Below are positions 29,858-39,072 of a DNA stretch of 64,000 bases, piece by piece. Under the pieces are notes generated by a model. The model saw nothing but the letters and a program-made list of their open reading frames with translations. It ran no database searches and was not told where the DNA came from. Each line of letters begins with the position of its first letter. Position 1 is the first letter of the stretch. The DNA comes from a virus. Its lineage: Duplodnaviria; Caudoviricetes. The stretch is from positions 1 through 64,000 of IMG/VR virus record IMGVR_UViG_2660238657_000001. The stretch is one strand, 5' to 3'. Position numbers and translations under genes: made by a program.

Positions 29858-29875
29858 ATAAATTCTGAATTTTAT
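29858..29875. repeat. ATAAAA-N6-TTTTAT dyad (1 mismatch)
   Basis: ATAAAT TCTGAA TTTTAT upstream of the methylase. Confidence 0.45.
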
Positions 29876-29909
29876 TTACTTATATATGTATATTTTAATT
29901 TAATTTTAT

Positions 29910-30089
29910 TTAATCCCAATATTTATTTATTACGCTATCTCTATACACCTGATTAATTTTGTTATGTACAATCTTTTTACTTTCTTTGTCTTTAGAAGAT
30001 TTACAAGGAATATCCTTGCAAACCTCCATTAATATTTCATATTCTTCAGTAGTCATATCGACTGGTAATTGCATATTTGTATTAGTCAT
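29910..30089 (-). CDS. Small hypothetical protein (59 aa, MTNTNMQLPVDM...), not in the ORF track
   Basis: AGGGGA RBS; fills the gap between dut and the methylase. Confidence 0.5.
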   Translation of the reverse strand: MTNTNMQLPVDMTTEEYEILMEVCKDIPCKSSKDKESKKIVHNKINQVYRDSVINKYWD

Positions 30090-30116
30090 AATTTTATTAT
30101 ATCCCCCTATTTTTTA

Positions 30117-30941
30117 TTATTTACCGCTTGATCCTAGTTTACCTAGTCCACGTTCAGATTTAATATTCTTTAGCTCGTCCCAACTTAGTTCTTTAGTATT
30201 AAAAGTAGGAACAGGCAACATTACAAATTGAACAATTGCTTTAGTGATAGGTTTAATAATACAATTTTCTTTTTTTACATAATGAGAAGCTTCTACATCC
30301 CTATTAAAATCAAGAGTTATAAACTTATTTTGTTGTAAATCAAAGTGTGTACAATTTTCTATTTCTTTATCTGATTGATTAGTAATTACTACTGTTTTAT
30401 CCTTGTTAGTGTTAATCAATGGTACGAAATAGCTATCTCTATACCCTGAATCTCCAACACCAGCCCCTACTATAATTCCTTTGCTTCCCATTCCACCTTT
30501 ATCAAAGAATTTAGGGAAATATGCTTTATTGCAAGCTATTGCAATTCCTGTATTCATCATCCTCAAACTACAAGGTTTTATCACAATGGTTTCAGTCTCA
30601 CAAGTATAAATATCATATCCTGCGTCTTCTTCACGCTTAGTTGGTATAATTGCATTAGGTTTAGTTTTAGCAAAATATAATTCGTTAACTCCAACCTCAT
30701 TTATAGTTGCTATATTATTCTCTAATAATTGTTGCATTACATTATCTTTAATGAATTTTGTTGTTATTAATGTGTGCAGTAATTCGTCTTTATTATCAAT
30801 ACGATTTTCAGTATAATCAATTACCCATCCTTTCCCACTAAGAAAACTATCAATATAATTTATATTGTAGGTATGATTTTTGTAAAACATACCTACTCCT
30901 TCTATATTCACATCTGCTAAAAACAATATTTTCTTTTCCAT
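30117..30941 (-). CDS. dut: Trimeric dUTPase with N-terminal extension
   Basis: AGYDIY, GVGDSGYR, IVQFV, RGLGKLGSSG. Confidence 0.88.
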   Translation of the reverse strand: MEKKILFLADVNIEGVGMFYKNHTYNINYIDSFLSGKGWVIDYTENRIDNKDELLHTLITTKFIKDNVMQQLLENNIATINEVGVNELYFAKTKPNAIIPTKREEDAGYDIYTCETETIVIKPCSLRMMNTGIAIACNKAYFPKFFDKGGMGSKGIIVGAGVGDSGYRDSYFVPLINTNKDKTVVITNQSDKEIENCTHFDLQQNKFITLDFNRDVEASHYVKKENCIIKPITKAIVQFVMLPVPTFNTKELSWDELKNIKSERGLGKLGSSGK

Positions 30942-31018
30942 AGTTTAATTGCCACCTTTCAAATTTGTATATTTAAATTTATTTTTAATTATTTCATATA
31001 ATTATTAATTATATTCTA

Positions 31019-31510
31019 TTAACAATCATATAATACAACTTTGCCTTGTTGCAATGATTTTTGAACATCTATAATTCTTTGATTAGATGAACCTCTCCAT
31101 TTTAATTCACTATCGTATAACTCTTTAATAAATTTCCCATCTATTAATACATCTATATATTTCATGATTTCTTTGTCTTTGAAATTCTCATATTGATAGC
31201 CTGTCCATATCCATATATTTTTATTTAGGTATTTAAATTTAATTTGTTTGCATAATTCAGTAACAGTGTCTATATTATATGGAGCTAATGGTTCACCTCC
31301 TAAGATTGAAAAATCTTTTGAGATGTCTTTTTCTAATAAATCAATTATCTTATTTGAATCTTTATATGTAAATTCTTTACCTACTGTTTTATCCCAATAA
31401 CATTCATTATGACAACCATCACATTCATGGGGGCAACCTGCCACCCATAAACTAACTCTAACCCCCTCGCCATTATTAATGTCAAAATCTAATATTGATA
31501 CTTTATTCAT
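31019..31510 (-). CDS. nrdG: Anaerobic ribonucleotide reductase activase
   Basis: NGEGVRVSLWVAGCPHECDGCHN radical-SAM motif, GGEP, RGSSNQR. Confidence 0.95.
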   Translation of the reverse strand: MNKVSILDFDINNGEGVRVSLWVAGCPHECDGCHNECYWDKTVGKEFTYKDSNKIIDLLEKDISKDFSILGGEPLAPYNIDTVTELCKQIKFKYLNKNIWIWTGYQYENFKDKEIMKYIDVLIDGKFIKELYDSELKWRGSSNQRIIDVQKSLQQGKVVLYDC

Positions 31511-32469
31511 TATTCCATCACCTCTATGTCAAAATGATCAACTCTATTCTCTACTTCTGCTTTTTTACCATGATTTAATCTAGTATCATTATTTAATTTT
31601 TTATAACCTAAATATCCACAAACTCTACATACTTCTGTTACATTTCCACTTCCACATTTAGAACAAATAGAATGTTCGAATTCTCCTTGATGCCCACAAT
31701 CATCACAACTATCTAATTCTAAATTCACACCTTCGTATAACCCTTTTTTCATTCCCTCATCTATTACTTGTCTAATTGCCTGTTTGTTCTTTGTAGTTGG
31801 AAATTCTGAATAATGTATTCTTCCACCTTTTGATATATTAAACATAGGCAACTCTATATTTTGCTTTTGTATAGGATTGATGTGAGCTTTGACATCACAA
31901 TGGAAACTATTCATATAATATTCTTTATCTGTTACTTCTTTAATTTCTCCATATTTTGCATAGTCCATATCTCTAAATTTGTAAGCTAATGATTCGGCAG
32001 GAGTGCCATAAATTGCAAATAACAAACCGTATTTGAATTTTGCTTTCTCTACTAACTCTTCTATTTTTTTTAATACTTCTATTGCAAAACTATTATCTTC
32101 ATGGATATGTTTACCCGTCATTAAGTAACTTGCTTCCGTTAATCCTATATAGCCGAAACTCCACGTGAATGTCTTTATAACTTCTTCGATTCTATCATCG
32201 GGTTGTAATTTCATATGAAAACCACCTTCACAAAACATTAATGGATTTGATGAAGCTTTGACATCTTTTAATTTGTTATATGTATATAAATGCACTTTTA
32301 ATGCTTTTTTAAAGTTTTCTTCTAATAATTTAAAATATTGTTCCTTGTCTCCCTTTGATTCGATAGCATATCTAACTGTATTTAATGTTATTGCACCACA
32401 GTTTGCTCTACCTGTGAATACTGGCTTGTTTGAATTGGGTGGGAAATAAGGTGATAAATAAGCTCTACA
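31510..32469 (-). CDS. nrdD: Class III ribonucleotide reductase, exon 2
   Basis: Begins CRAYL, completing the PMG-CR motif; TPAESL; glycyl radical RVCGYLG. Confidence 0.93.
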   Translation of the reverse strand, partial: CRAYLSPYFPPNSNKPVFTGRANCGAITLNTVRYAIESKGDKEQYFKLLEENFKKALKVHLYTYNKLKDVKASSNPLMFCEGGFHMKLQPDDRIEEVIKTFTWSFGYIGLTEASYLMTGKHIHEDNSFAIEVLKKIEELVEKAKFKYGLLFAIYGTPAESLAYKFRDMDYAKYGEIKEVTDKEYYMNSFHCDVKAHINPIQKQNIELPMFNISKGGRIHYSEFPTTKNKQAIRQVIDEGMKKGLYEGVNLELDSCDDCGHQGEFEHSICSKCGSGNVTEVCRVCGYLGYKKLNNDTRLNHGKKAEVENRVDHFDIEVME

Positions 32470-33405
32470 CACGTTATTCTATTATTTCTAATAGCGTGGA
32501 CTATCTCTTTGCTCCAGTTGCCCAAACCTTCATCACACCTTGCACTTCCAAATAAGGAATTTCACCTTAAATGTACTCTACTCCCTTCCATCATTACATG
32601 ACGTGGTTTCGATAGTCTCTACACCTTTTAACTTAATAAAATCACTATAATATTGAAATTTGTAGTGTTTATATGGACTTTTAGTTCTACCTTTACATCT
32701 AGAGGAAATCATAGATTTGTTTGTAATATGGGTATATTTTTGTACGTCTGTCATGCTATCAAAAATTAAATATTCATTTGTATTTATATCAATAACTACG
32801 ACTTTTTTTGCATTAGGATTTAAACTACCATTTTTTCCAAACATACCATTTTTTTGTCCCTTTAATCCACCGTATTTACGCATAGGGTTATTATCACCCA
32901 ATTTAGACATACGTATTTTTTGTGATATTGCTTCTTTATTAGGATGATTACTTAATGTGTCGCCTCCACATTTTCCTTTAGTTGATTTGCTATTATAACC
33001 TTTATTAATAGCGTTATATTGTTCTATCCAATACATTTCTTTATCATCTAATTCCTCTTGAGTATTGGCAGTATCTATTTGTTCTATTGCAAAATTTTCT
33101 ACTCCATATTTTCTAATAGCTCTATAAAATTTAGTATCATGTTCGTTTTTTTGATATCCCATATGTCTTTTGAATCTTTTTTGTAATGTTTCACTAGTTT
33201 GACCTATATAAACTTTTCCATTTAATTTGCAAGTAATTTTATAAATTATCATAGTTGCATACTTCACCTCCTTATGTATATTTTATTAAGTTAACTTGGC
33301 ACGGTATTAGCATATCCTAAGACTTAGCCTTCACCGTTAGCAGTATCGTTACTACACCCTATATTTATAGGTTCACAAGGTTTTACATGAGCCGTATTAC
33401 TGTTG
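32470..33405 (-). mobile_element. Group I intron in nrdD (936 nt)
   Basis: Exon ends in U (ATGGGT) pairing with GCTCAT (P1 with U.G); core-like elements CTAACGGTGAAG, AATACCGTGCCAAG, GTAGAGACTA, AAGAGATAGTCC; terminal G; splicing restores PMGCR. Confidence 0.92.
32578..33267 (-). CDS. Intron-encoded GIY-YIG homing endonuclease
   Basis: IIYKITCKLNGKVYIGQT, RFKRH, GYN; NUMOD-like C-terminus. Confidence 0.92.
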   Translation of the reverse strand: MKYATMIIYKITCKLNGKVYIGQTSETLQKRFKRHMGYQKNEHDTKFYRAIRKYGVENFAIEQIDTANTQEELDDKEMYWIEQYNAINKGYNSKSTKGKCGGDTLSNHPNKEAISQKIRMSKLGDNNPMRKYGGLKGQKNGMFGKNGSLNPNAKKVVVIDINTNEYLIFDSMTDVQKYTHITNKSMISSRCKGRTKSPYKHYKFQYYSDFIKLKGVETIETTSCNDGRE

Positions 33406-34578
33406 ACCCATTGGACTTATCGCTAATCCATATTTATCAAACATTTCTCCTAAATATCCTGCATCTAAACTTAGTTGATCGGGATACATTCTTTTCATCA
33501 TGCACTCTAAAGCCATATCGTACAAATCGTAATTTATATCATTCTTTTGACCATTAATCCCATTTCTATGTAAAAATACTAGTTTGGGAAATACAGGTGT
33601 CAATCTTTGTTTACCTAATCCTTTCATTCTATTTTTAAGTATTGCTTTAGTTATCATTCTTCCTTCTTCTGATGTATCTAATCCAAATGTTAGTGTTACA
33701 AATGGTGTTTGAGTATTACTATTACTAATAGTATTAAGTCTAGTTTCTACGGCTTGAAATCCTTGGTCTAATGCACGTTCAACATATTTAAAAGCTAAAT
33801 CATTTATTTTATCTTCAGATACTAAACCTTGTAATTGTTCTCTGTAGTATTTTTTAGATTTTGCAATAGCTTTTCTAACATAATATGCACCTACAGTATC
33901 TATTTCAGGGACTGTAAATCCTCCATACTGTTGTGAACTTGCTTCTAGTATAATATCAGAGAATACTCTCATAAAAGATTCTGCACTTGTAGGTTCTGTA
34001 TAATTGATACCATTTAAATTAAATCCATCTTTTAGTAAAGATTCCATATCACATAAACAACAATTTAAAGAATTAAACAATCTGTCTCCTAGGTCGTGAA
34101 TATATATATCACCGTCTTTATGTGCTTTAGCACAATCTTTAGGCAATTCATACTCTAACATAATTTCTTTGGATAATTCACTCACTAAAATACCCTTTTT
34201 TGTGCTAACAAGCAAACTGTTTTTATTGGCATTTTCTTTATCGCCATCGTAAATAATTCTATGACTAGATTCTAATAAATTACTAAAGATTTTGCTAAAT
34301 CTTTTTTTATAATCTCTAAAACTCATATATTCTTTATATACTTCGTTATTAATGTCTTTTAACGATTCTTGTACGATTTCATGCATATCAGAAACATTTA
34401 TTACATTATCTTGTAGATTATTAACATTAATTATTTTATTGATTCCAATATGTAATTTATCTTTAAACTCTTTGTTTAATATTATATTAACTCTTTCTGC
34501 TGACTTAGAAACTGCATCAACTATTTTTTGAAAATCAAAGTCTTCGATCTGCCCATTTTTCTTTTTAATTGTTATCAT
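33406..34578 (-). CDS. nrdD: Class III ribonucleotide reductase, exon 1 (spliced product 710 aa)
   Basis: ATP cone, ENANKN, AHKDGDIYIHD, NCC, QYGG, FPKL, ends at SPMG. Confidence 0.93.
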
Positions 34579-34621
34579 ATAATTCCTCCGTTTAATAATT
34601 TATTTAATTTATTTTTATATA

Positions 34622-34852
34622 TTATTTATTTTGCACAATCTTTTTTCTCATAAATTCAAATACTTCACTTACCGTATCTAATTGTTCTAGTGTCATATAT
34701 GGTCTATGCTCAGTTATATATTTAATATATTCTTCTTGTAATTCATCAATATTCTGCATATCTGTATACCTCATTTCCTTTTGAAATTGTTTTAATTTCT
34801 TACAATGAATCTTTAACTTTTCCCTATCTTGAATCTTGACATTTTCTAACAA
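34622..34852 (-). CDS. Hypothetical protein
   Basis: AAGGAG RBS; co-oriented ORF. Confidence 0.6.
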   Translation of the reverse strand: MLENVKIQDREKLKIHCKKLKQFQKEMRYTDMQNIDELQEEYIKYITEHRPYMTLEQLDTVSEVFEFMRKKIVQNK

Positions 34853-34893
34853 ACAATCAACTCCTTTATATTAATTAATAATATTAATATTAT

Positions 34894-35607
34894 TTAAAAT
34901 CCCCATCTAACAATCTCCCCTCTATAATGTTTGATTCCTAGGTTGTCTATTTCTTTTCTACTTGCATAAGGCTTACATACATCTATTTTCATAGTATTAC
35001 TATCAATCCACCTAATATGTTTTGTACTACCATAATCAAGTGCTATTTTGATATAAGTGTTACCCTCATTATCTATTAGCTTTATTAAACTACCTAATGG
35101 TATATTTCTAGGTACTGCTATAGTTTGATATGTTAGTGCTTTTCCTAATGCGTTTCTATAAGCTCTTCCTTTGCCATTCTCCTCCTCTCTACCTGAGTAA
35201 TGACTAGCTGTTATATCAAATAGTCTGCCTTGATATGGATTATTACTACCTCTACTTAATCTTACTTCTTGTTTATGTTGTTGCTTTTGAATTGTTTCTT
35301 GTTTTTCTTTTTCTAATTTTTCAAGTTGTTCTTGTGCTTTATTAACCATTTCATCAAACTGTTGTAGTCTATAGTTTGTATCCTGAATTGTAATATTATC
35401 TTTTGTTATGTTATTTACTTGTAATAAATCTTTAATATTTGTATTGATTTGATTATCTTTAGTATCAATTATAACGTCTGTATTATTAACATTCACGTTT
35501 TCGCCAATGCTTACAGAAGTTACAACACATATACCAATAGTTGCAAATAATAAAATTAATTTAGTTCTTGTACTGTTGGCTATTATGTGTAATTTCCGTT
35601 TTAGCAA
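34894..35607 (-). CDS. Membrane-anchored 3D-domain (peptidoglycan lytic-type) protein
   Basis: N-terminal TM helix, coiled coil, SRG, ASHYS, TIAVP..IPLGS, ALDYG, IDV. Confidence 0.72.
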   Translation of the reverse strand: MLKRKLHIIANSTRTKLILLFATIGICVVTSVSIGENVNVNNTDVIIDTKDNQINTNIKDLLQVNNITKDNITIQDTNYRLQQFDEMVNKAQEQLEKLEKEKQETIQKQQHKQEVRLSRGSNNPYQGRLFDITASHYSGREEENGKGRAYRNALGKALTYQTIAVPRNIPLGSLIKLIDNEGNTYIKIALDYGSTKHIRWIDSNTMKIDVCKPYASRKEIDNLGIKHYRGEIVRWGF

Positions 35608-35650
35608 ATAACCACCTCTTTATATGTATTTTGATTTAATTTTATTCTAT

Positions 35651-35875
35651 TTAGTCATCATTTTTATTTATATTACTCTCATCTATTTCTATACTTTTGT
35701 TAACTGCATATCTTAGACATTTTGTACATTTAAAACACTCAATACCTTTTCCTCTTAGCTCTCCTTGAGGACATCCTATGAAATGTTTAATCTCTTCATA
35801 TTGTTCTATAATCTTTAGCATTTCTTGTTTCTTTTTAATTTTTAAATCATGTAAGTTTACCATTATATCTACCAC
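35651..35875 (-). CDS. Hypothetical Cys-containing protein
   Basis: GCP...CFKCTKC; likely start at MVNL (35863) after AGGTGG. Confidence 0.55.
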   Translation of the reverse strand: MVDIMVNLHDLKIKKKQEMLKIIEQYEEIKHFIGCPQGELRGKGIECFKCTKCLRYAVNKSIEIDESNINKNDD

Positions 35876-35897
35876 CTTTTAATTCTATTTTATATGC

Positions 35898-36194
35898 TTA
35901 ATCTTCTCTCCAACCACAACTATTACATTTTCTTATCATCTCTCTTTCGTATGTATCCTTACCCCACGCTTCGGCTAAATAACTTTGTTTTCCCTCTTTA
36001 GCTATTATATCTCCTCCACAGTTTGGACATATATTATTTTGTTGAGATATTCCTTCTAATTGTTCTTTGAATTGTTTTACTAAATCGCTTGAATGATAAC
36101 GTTCTATGTGACTTATAAATTCATTTACTATTGAAAATGTTTCTTGCCAATCTTTTGTTGCTTCATATATGTAACTAATTATTTCATATGGGAT
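35898..36194 (-). CDS. Zinc-ribbon protein (98 aa) with probable ATC start, not in the ORF track
   Basis: GAAAGGAAGTG RBS then ATC; 99-codon open frame with CPNC...CNSC. Confidence 0.65.
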   Translation of the reverse strand: MPYEIISYIYEATKDWQETFSIVNEFISHIERYHSSDLVKQFKEQLEGISQQNNICPNCGGDIIAKEGKQSYLAEAWGKDTYEREMIRKCNSCGWRED

Positions 36195-36235
36195 GTTAAC
36201 ACTTCCTTTCTCATATTTTAATTTAACTTTATTAT

Positions 36236-36442
36236 TTAAACAAATCCTATTTGATGAATATTTTCATCAATCACTATTAAAGTATCCTTTGGACAATTAT
36301 ATCTAATGTCCTTTATATAGCCTATCATTTGACCGATGTCGGTAAAATGATTATAAGCTACGAATCCCAATTTTGATATTCTTATTACTTTACTATTTAA
36401 CATACAAACCCTTCTTTCTTCATTATTATATTTTAATCTCAT
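36236..36442 (-). CDS. Hypothetical protein
   Basis: ORF downstream of a consensus promoter; likely start at MLNSK. Confidence 0.5.
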   Translation of the reverse strand: MRLKYNNEERRVCMLNSKVIRISKLGFVAYNHFTDIGQMIGYIKDIRYNCPKDTLIVIDENIHQIGFV

Positions 36443-36488
36443 CTTAATATCTTTTGTTTGTTTGCTTGGTTATCTTTGGTATGTTTAT

Positions 36489-36517
36489 ATGTTATCATGT
36501 TAATTTTGAAATGTCAA
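36489..36517 (-). promoter_or_regulatory. Sigma-A-type promoter
   Basis: TTGACA-N17-TAACAT with extended -10 TG. Confidence 0.6.
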
Positions 36518-36708
36518 CTATTTATTTTAATTAATTTTTATATATTTTACATTCTTTTATAAATTATTTTTACACTGTTAACTTTACATTTATCAGCTTT
36601 TAAAAATTATAACGTATCTTGCATTGGCTTAAATTGTAAATTTTATTGTATTTTATTGTATATATTATTCATTTATAGTACAATAATATCAATGAAGGGA
36701 GTGATTTC

Positions 36709-37446
36709 ATGGAGGCTATTTATCCTATTAAAAAACATAAAAATAAACCCATTAATAATGTAAATGACTCAGTAACACCATTACAATCAAATATATATCT
36801 TATGAAAATGTCTAATTTTCAATCTAGGCTTTACTCTAGTATCATTGATGCTTTTGCTAGATTAGAAAATACATTCAATATAGATTTATCATATAAATGG
36901 TTTAATTTAAAAAATAATATAAGATCATCAGTTGATTTAAAATTTTATAGACCATTATTTAATTTACAATCCAAAATTAATATATGTAATAAAAATCTAC
37001 TTGAACTTCAAGCGAAACCTATTAAAAATTCTCAGGCACTACAATCTTATATGAATCAATTGAATGATATAACAAGTAAAATATCTGCTATAGATGTACC
37101 TTCTAGTCTAAACACATTTGTATGCGTTGAAAACGTTTTACCAAGCTCAATAAATGACTTTTGTAATTATGTAGAAGATAATCTTAGTAAATTTGATGGA
37201 GATGTAATATATAAATCTCAAGCTGATCTATCTAATTTAAGCGAGATTAAATCCATAAATTTTAAATATTGGCTTGTACTGGTTGTATCAGTCATTTCTA
37301 TGATTATTTTATATTCGAGCAAAGTTGTTCCATCTAAAACCTCTGATATGGATAAACAGTATTATATTTTGGTTGATAACTTGTTAAATAATATAAATAG
37401 GTGTTTAAAATATATTAGCATCAAAACGTCAACATTAAATAAATAG
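36709..37446 (+). CDS. Counter-oriented orphan protein with one C-terminal TM helix (moron-like)
   Basis: GGGAGTG RBS; YWLVLVVSVISMIILY; only + strand gene of the arm outside the ha operon. Confidence 0.65.
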   Translation: MEAIYPIKKHKNKPINNVNDSVTPLQSNIYLMKMSNFQSRLYSSIIDAFARLENTFNIDLSYKWFNLKNNIRSSVDLKFYRPLFNLQSKINICNKNLLELQAKPIKNSQALQSYMNQLNDITSKISAIDVPSSLNTFVCVENVLPSSINDFCNYVEDNLSKFDGDVIYKSQADLSNLSEIKSINFKYWLVLVVSVISMIILYSSKVVPSKTSDMDKQYYILVDNLLNNINRCLKYISIKTSTLNK

Positions 37447-37621
37447 ATTTATTAGGAACTTACTTTTAATTAGTAATTTTTAAGTAAGTTTTTATTTTTT
37501 CTCCTTTATCTATAGTGTACTTTGCTTGTATATTTTTATATACATAATTACAAGTATTTCTATCATTATCTTTGGTTCGCAATCGTTCCTATTAATGTTT
37601 TTAATTAATTAGTACAAATAT

Positions 37622-37639
37622 ATAAAATGTGAGTTTTAT
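37622..37639. repeat. ATAAAA-N6-TTTTAT dyad
   Basis: ATAAAA TGTGAG TTTTAT, intergenic. Confidence 0.65.
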
Positions 37640-37836
37640 CGTGTTCAATAAAATTATCCTGCCCCTATTCTTGTAAGATTCCATTAAAGAAATTATCCAA
37701 TTTATCATTGCACTTTAAATTTTGGCTCTGTTTTAGACAATGGTTGATAATTAAACATATAAAAGTGGACAAATTCATTTGTCTACTTTTATTCTAAATT
37801 AAAATATATTAAGATTGCTCAAAAAATTTACTCAAT

Positions 37837-38022
37837 CTATTGTTTATCTTTACCACCATTCTTATAAGTTCCAAGTAAAATAAATCCTGCGGCAGTAGCA
37901 ATAGCAAGCATAATATTATCTTGACCAAACGGATTCGATATAATAGAATATACCAAATATATTGTACAAATTAATAATACACAAATTATGATACCACGCA
38001 AAATTTTACTATTCTTAAGCAC
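37837..38022 (-). CDS. Small two-TM membrane protein
   Basis: AGGGGGTG RBS; two hydrophobic helices. Confidence 0.65.
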   Translation of the reverse strand: MLKNSKILRGIIICVLLICTIYLVYSIISNPFGQDNIMLAIATAAGFILLGTYKNGGKDKQ

Positions 38023-38098
38023 TTAAATCACCCCCTATTTATCATATTATACATAAATTACATACTATAATTCCAGTAATTATTTGTAAAAAATAAAT

Positions 38099-38422
38099 TT
38101 ATATAAATATTGGTTGCCTTATTTTAAAATCCTTTATCATAGTATAACTATGAGGTATATTACTATGAATTATCAATTTTTTAGTTCTTACAGTTTCTTT
38201 TTCAGAACTGAATGTATTTATCCATTTATGCCACTTCATACAGTTGTTTAGATATTGGGTTGCAACACCATTAAACCTACTCATCCATCTCTTTAAATTA
38301 GAGTGTAGGCTATTTATATGATTTATATAGTATATATCTTCTTTATGTCTACCTCTTTTGATTCTCTTGTGTTCTAACTCCACATTAGGATACTGTTCTT
38401 TATCTACTTCAGGTAAGAACAC
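38099..38422 (-). pseudogene. IS1595-family transposase C-terminal remnant
   Basis: INHINSLHSNLKRWMSRFNGVATQYL matches the IS1595 N..e..hs.lKr....f.GV..kyL motif; N-terminus absent. Confidence 0.75.
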
Positions 38423-38504
38423 CTCTTATCTTTAGTGAGAGATCGTATACTAATCGCTAAAGTTCACCTCCTTTCGATATATACACTTTTTAGTGTATAA
38501 TAAG

Positions 38505-38828
<324 letters not shown>

Positions 38829-38867
38829 GCTATTTTAAAATATATTTTAATTCATTCTTATTATAAG

Positions 38868-38927
38868 ATAAAACATTGATTTTATGGTCATCTTTTAGCT
38901 TGAAAACACGAGTAAAACAGAGTATTT
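38868..38927. repeat. ATAAAA-N6-TTTTAT dyad plus degenerate accessory dyad
   Basis: ATAAAA CATTGA TTTTAT (38868-85), 18 nt, AAACAC...GTATTT. Confidence 0.65.
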
Positions 38928-39025
38928 GAGAGTATGTGTAAGTTTGTTTTTATTATTTTTGATTTTCCTCCCAAATAAAAAAATAATACTCATAAGGTTT
39001 TGTATATATTTACCTTACAAGTACT

Positions 39026-39054
39026 ATTATAGTATATTTATTTTCAATTGTCAA
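39026..39054 (-). promoter_or_regulatory. Perfect sigma-A promoter
   Basis: TTGACA-N17-TATAAT. Confidence 0.8.
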
Positions 39055-39072
39055 TACTTCGTTCGATATATT

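Noticed and set aside
31510-34578. nrdD as a broken pseudogene or two separate genes
   Set aside because: Explained by a group I intron with intact splice features.
36629-36646. TTAAAT TGTAAA TTTTAT as a dyad upstream of the + strand orphan
   Set aside because: Two mismatches in very AT-rich DNA; not distinguishable from background.
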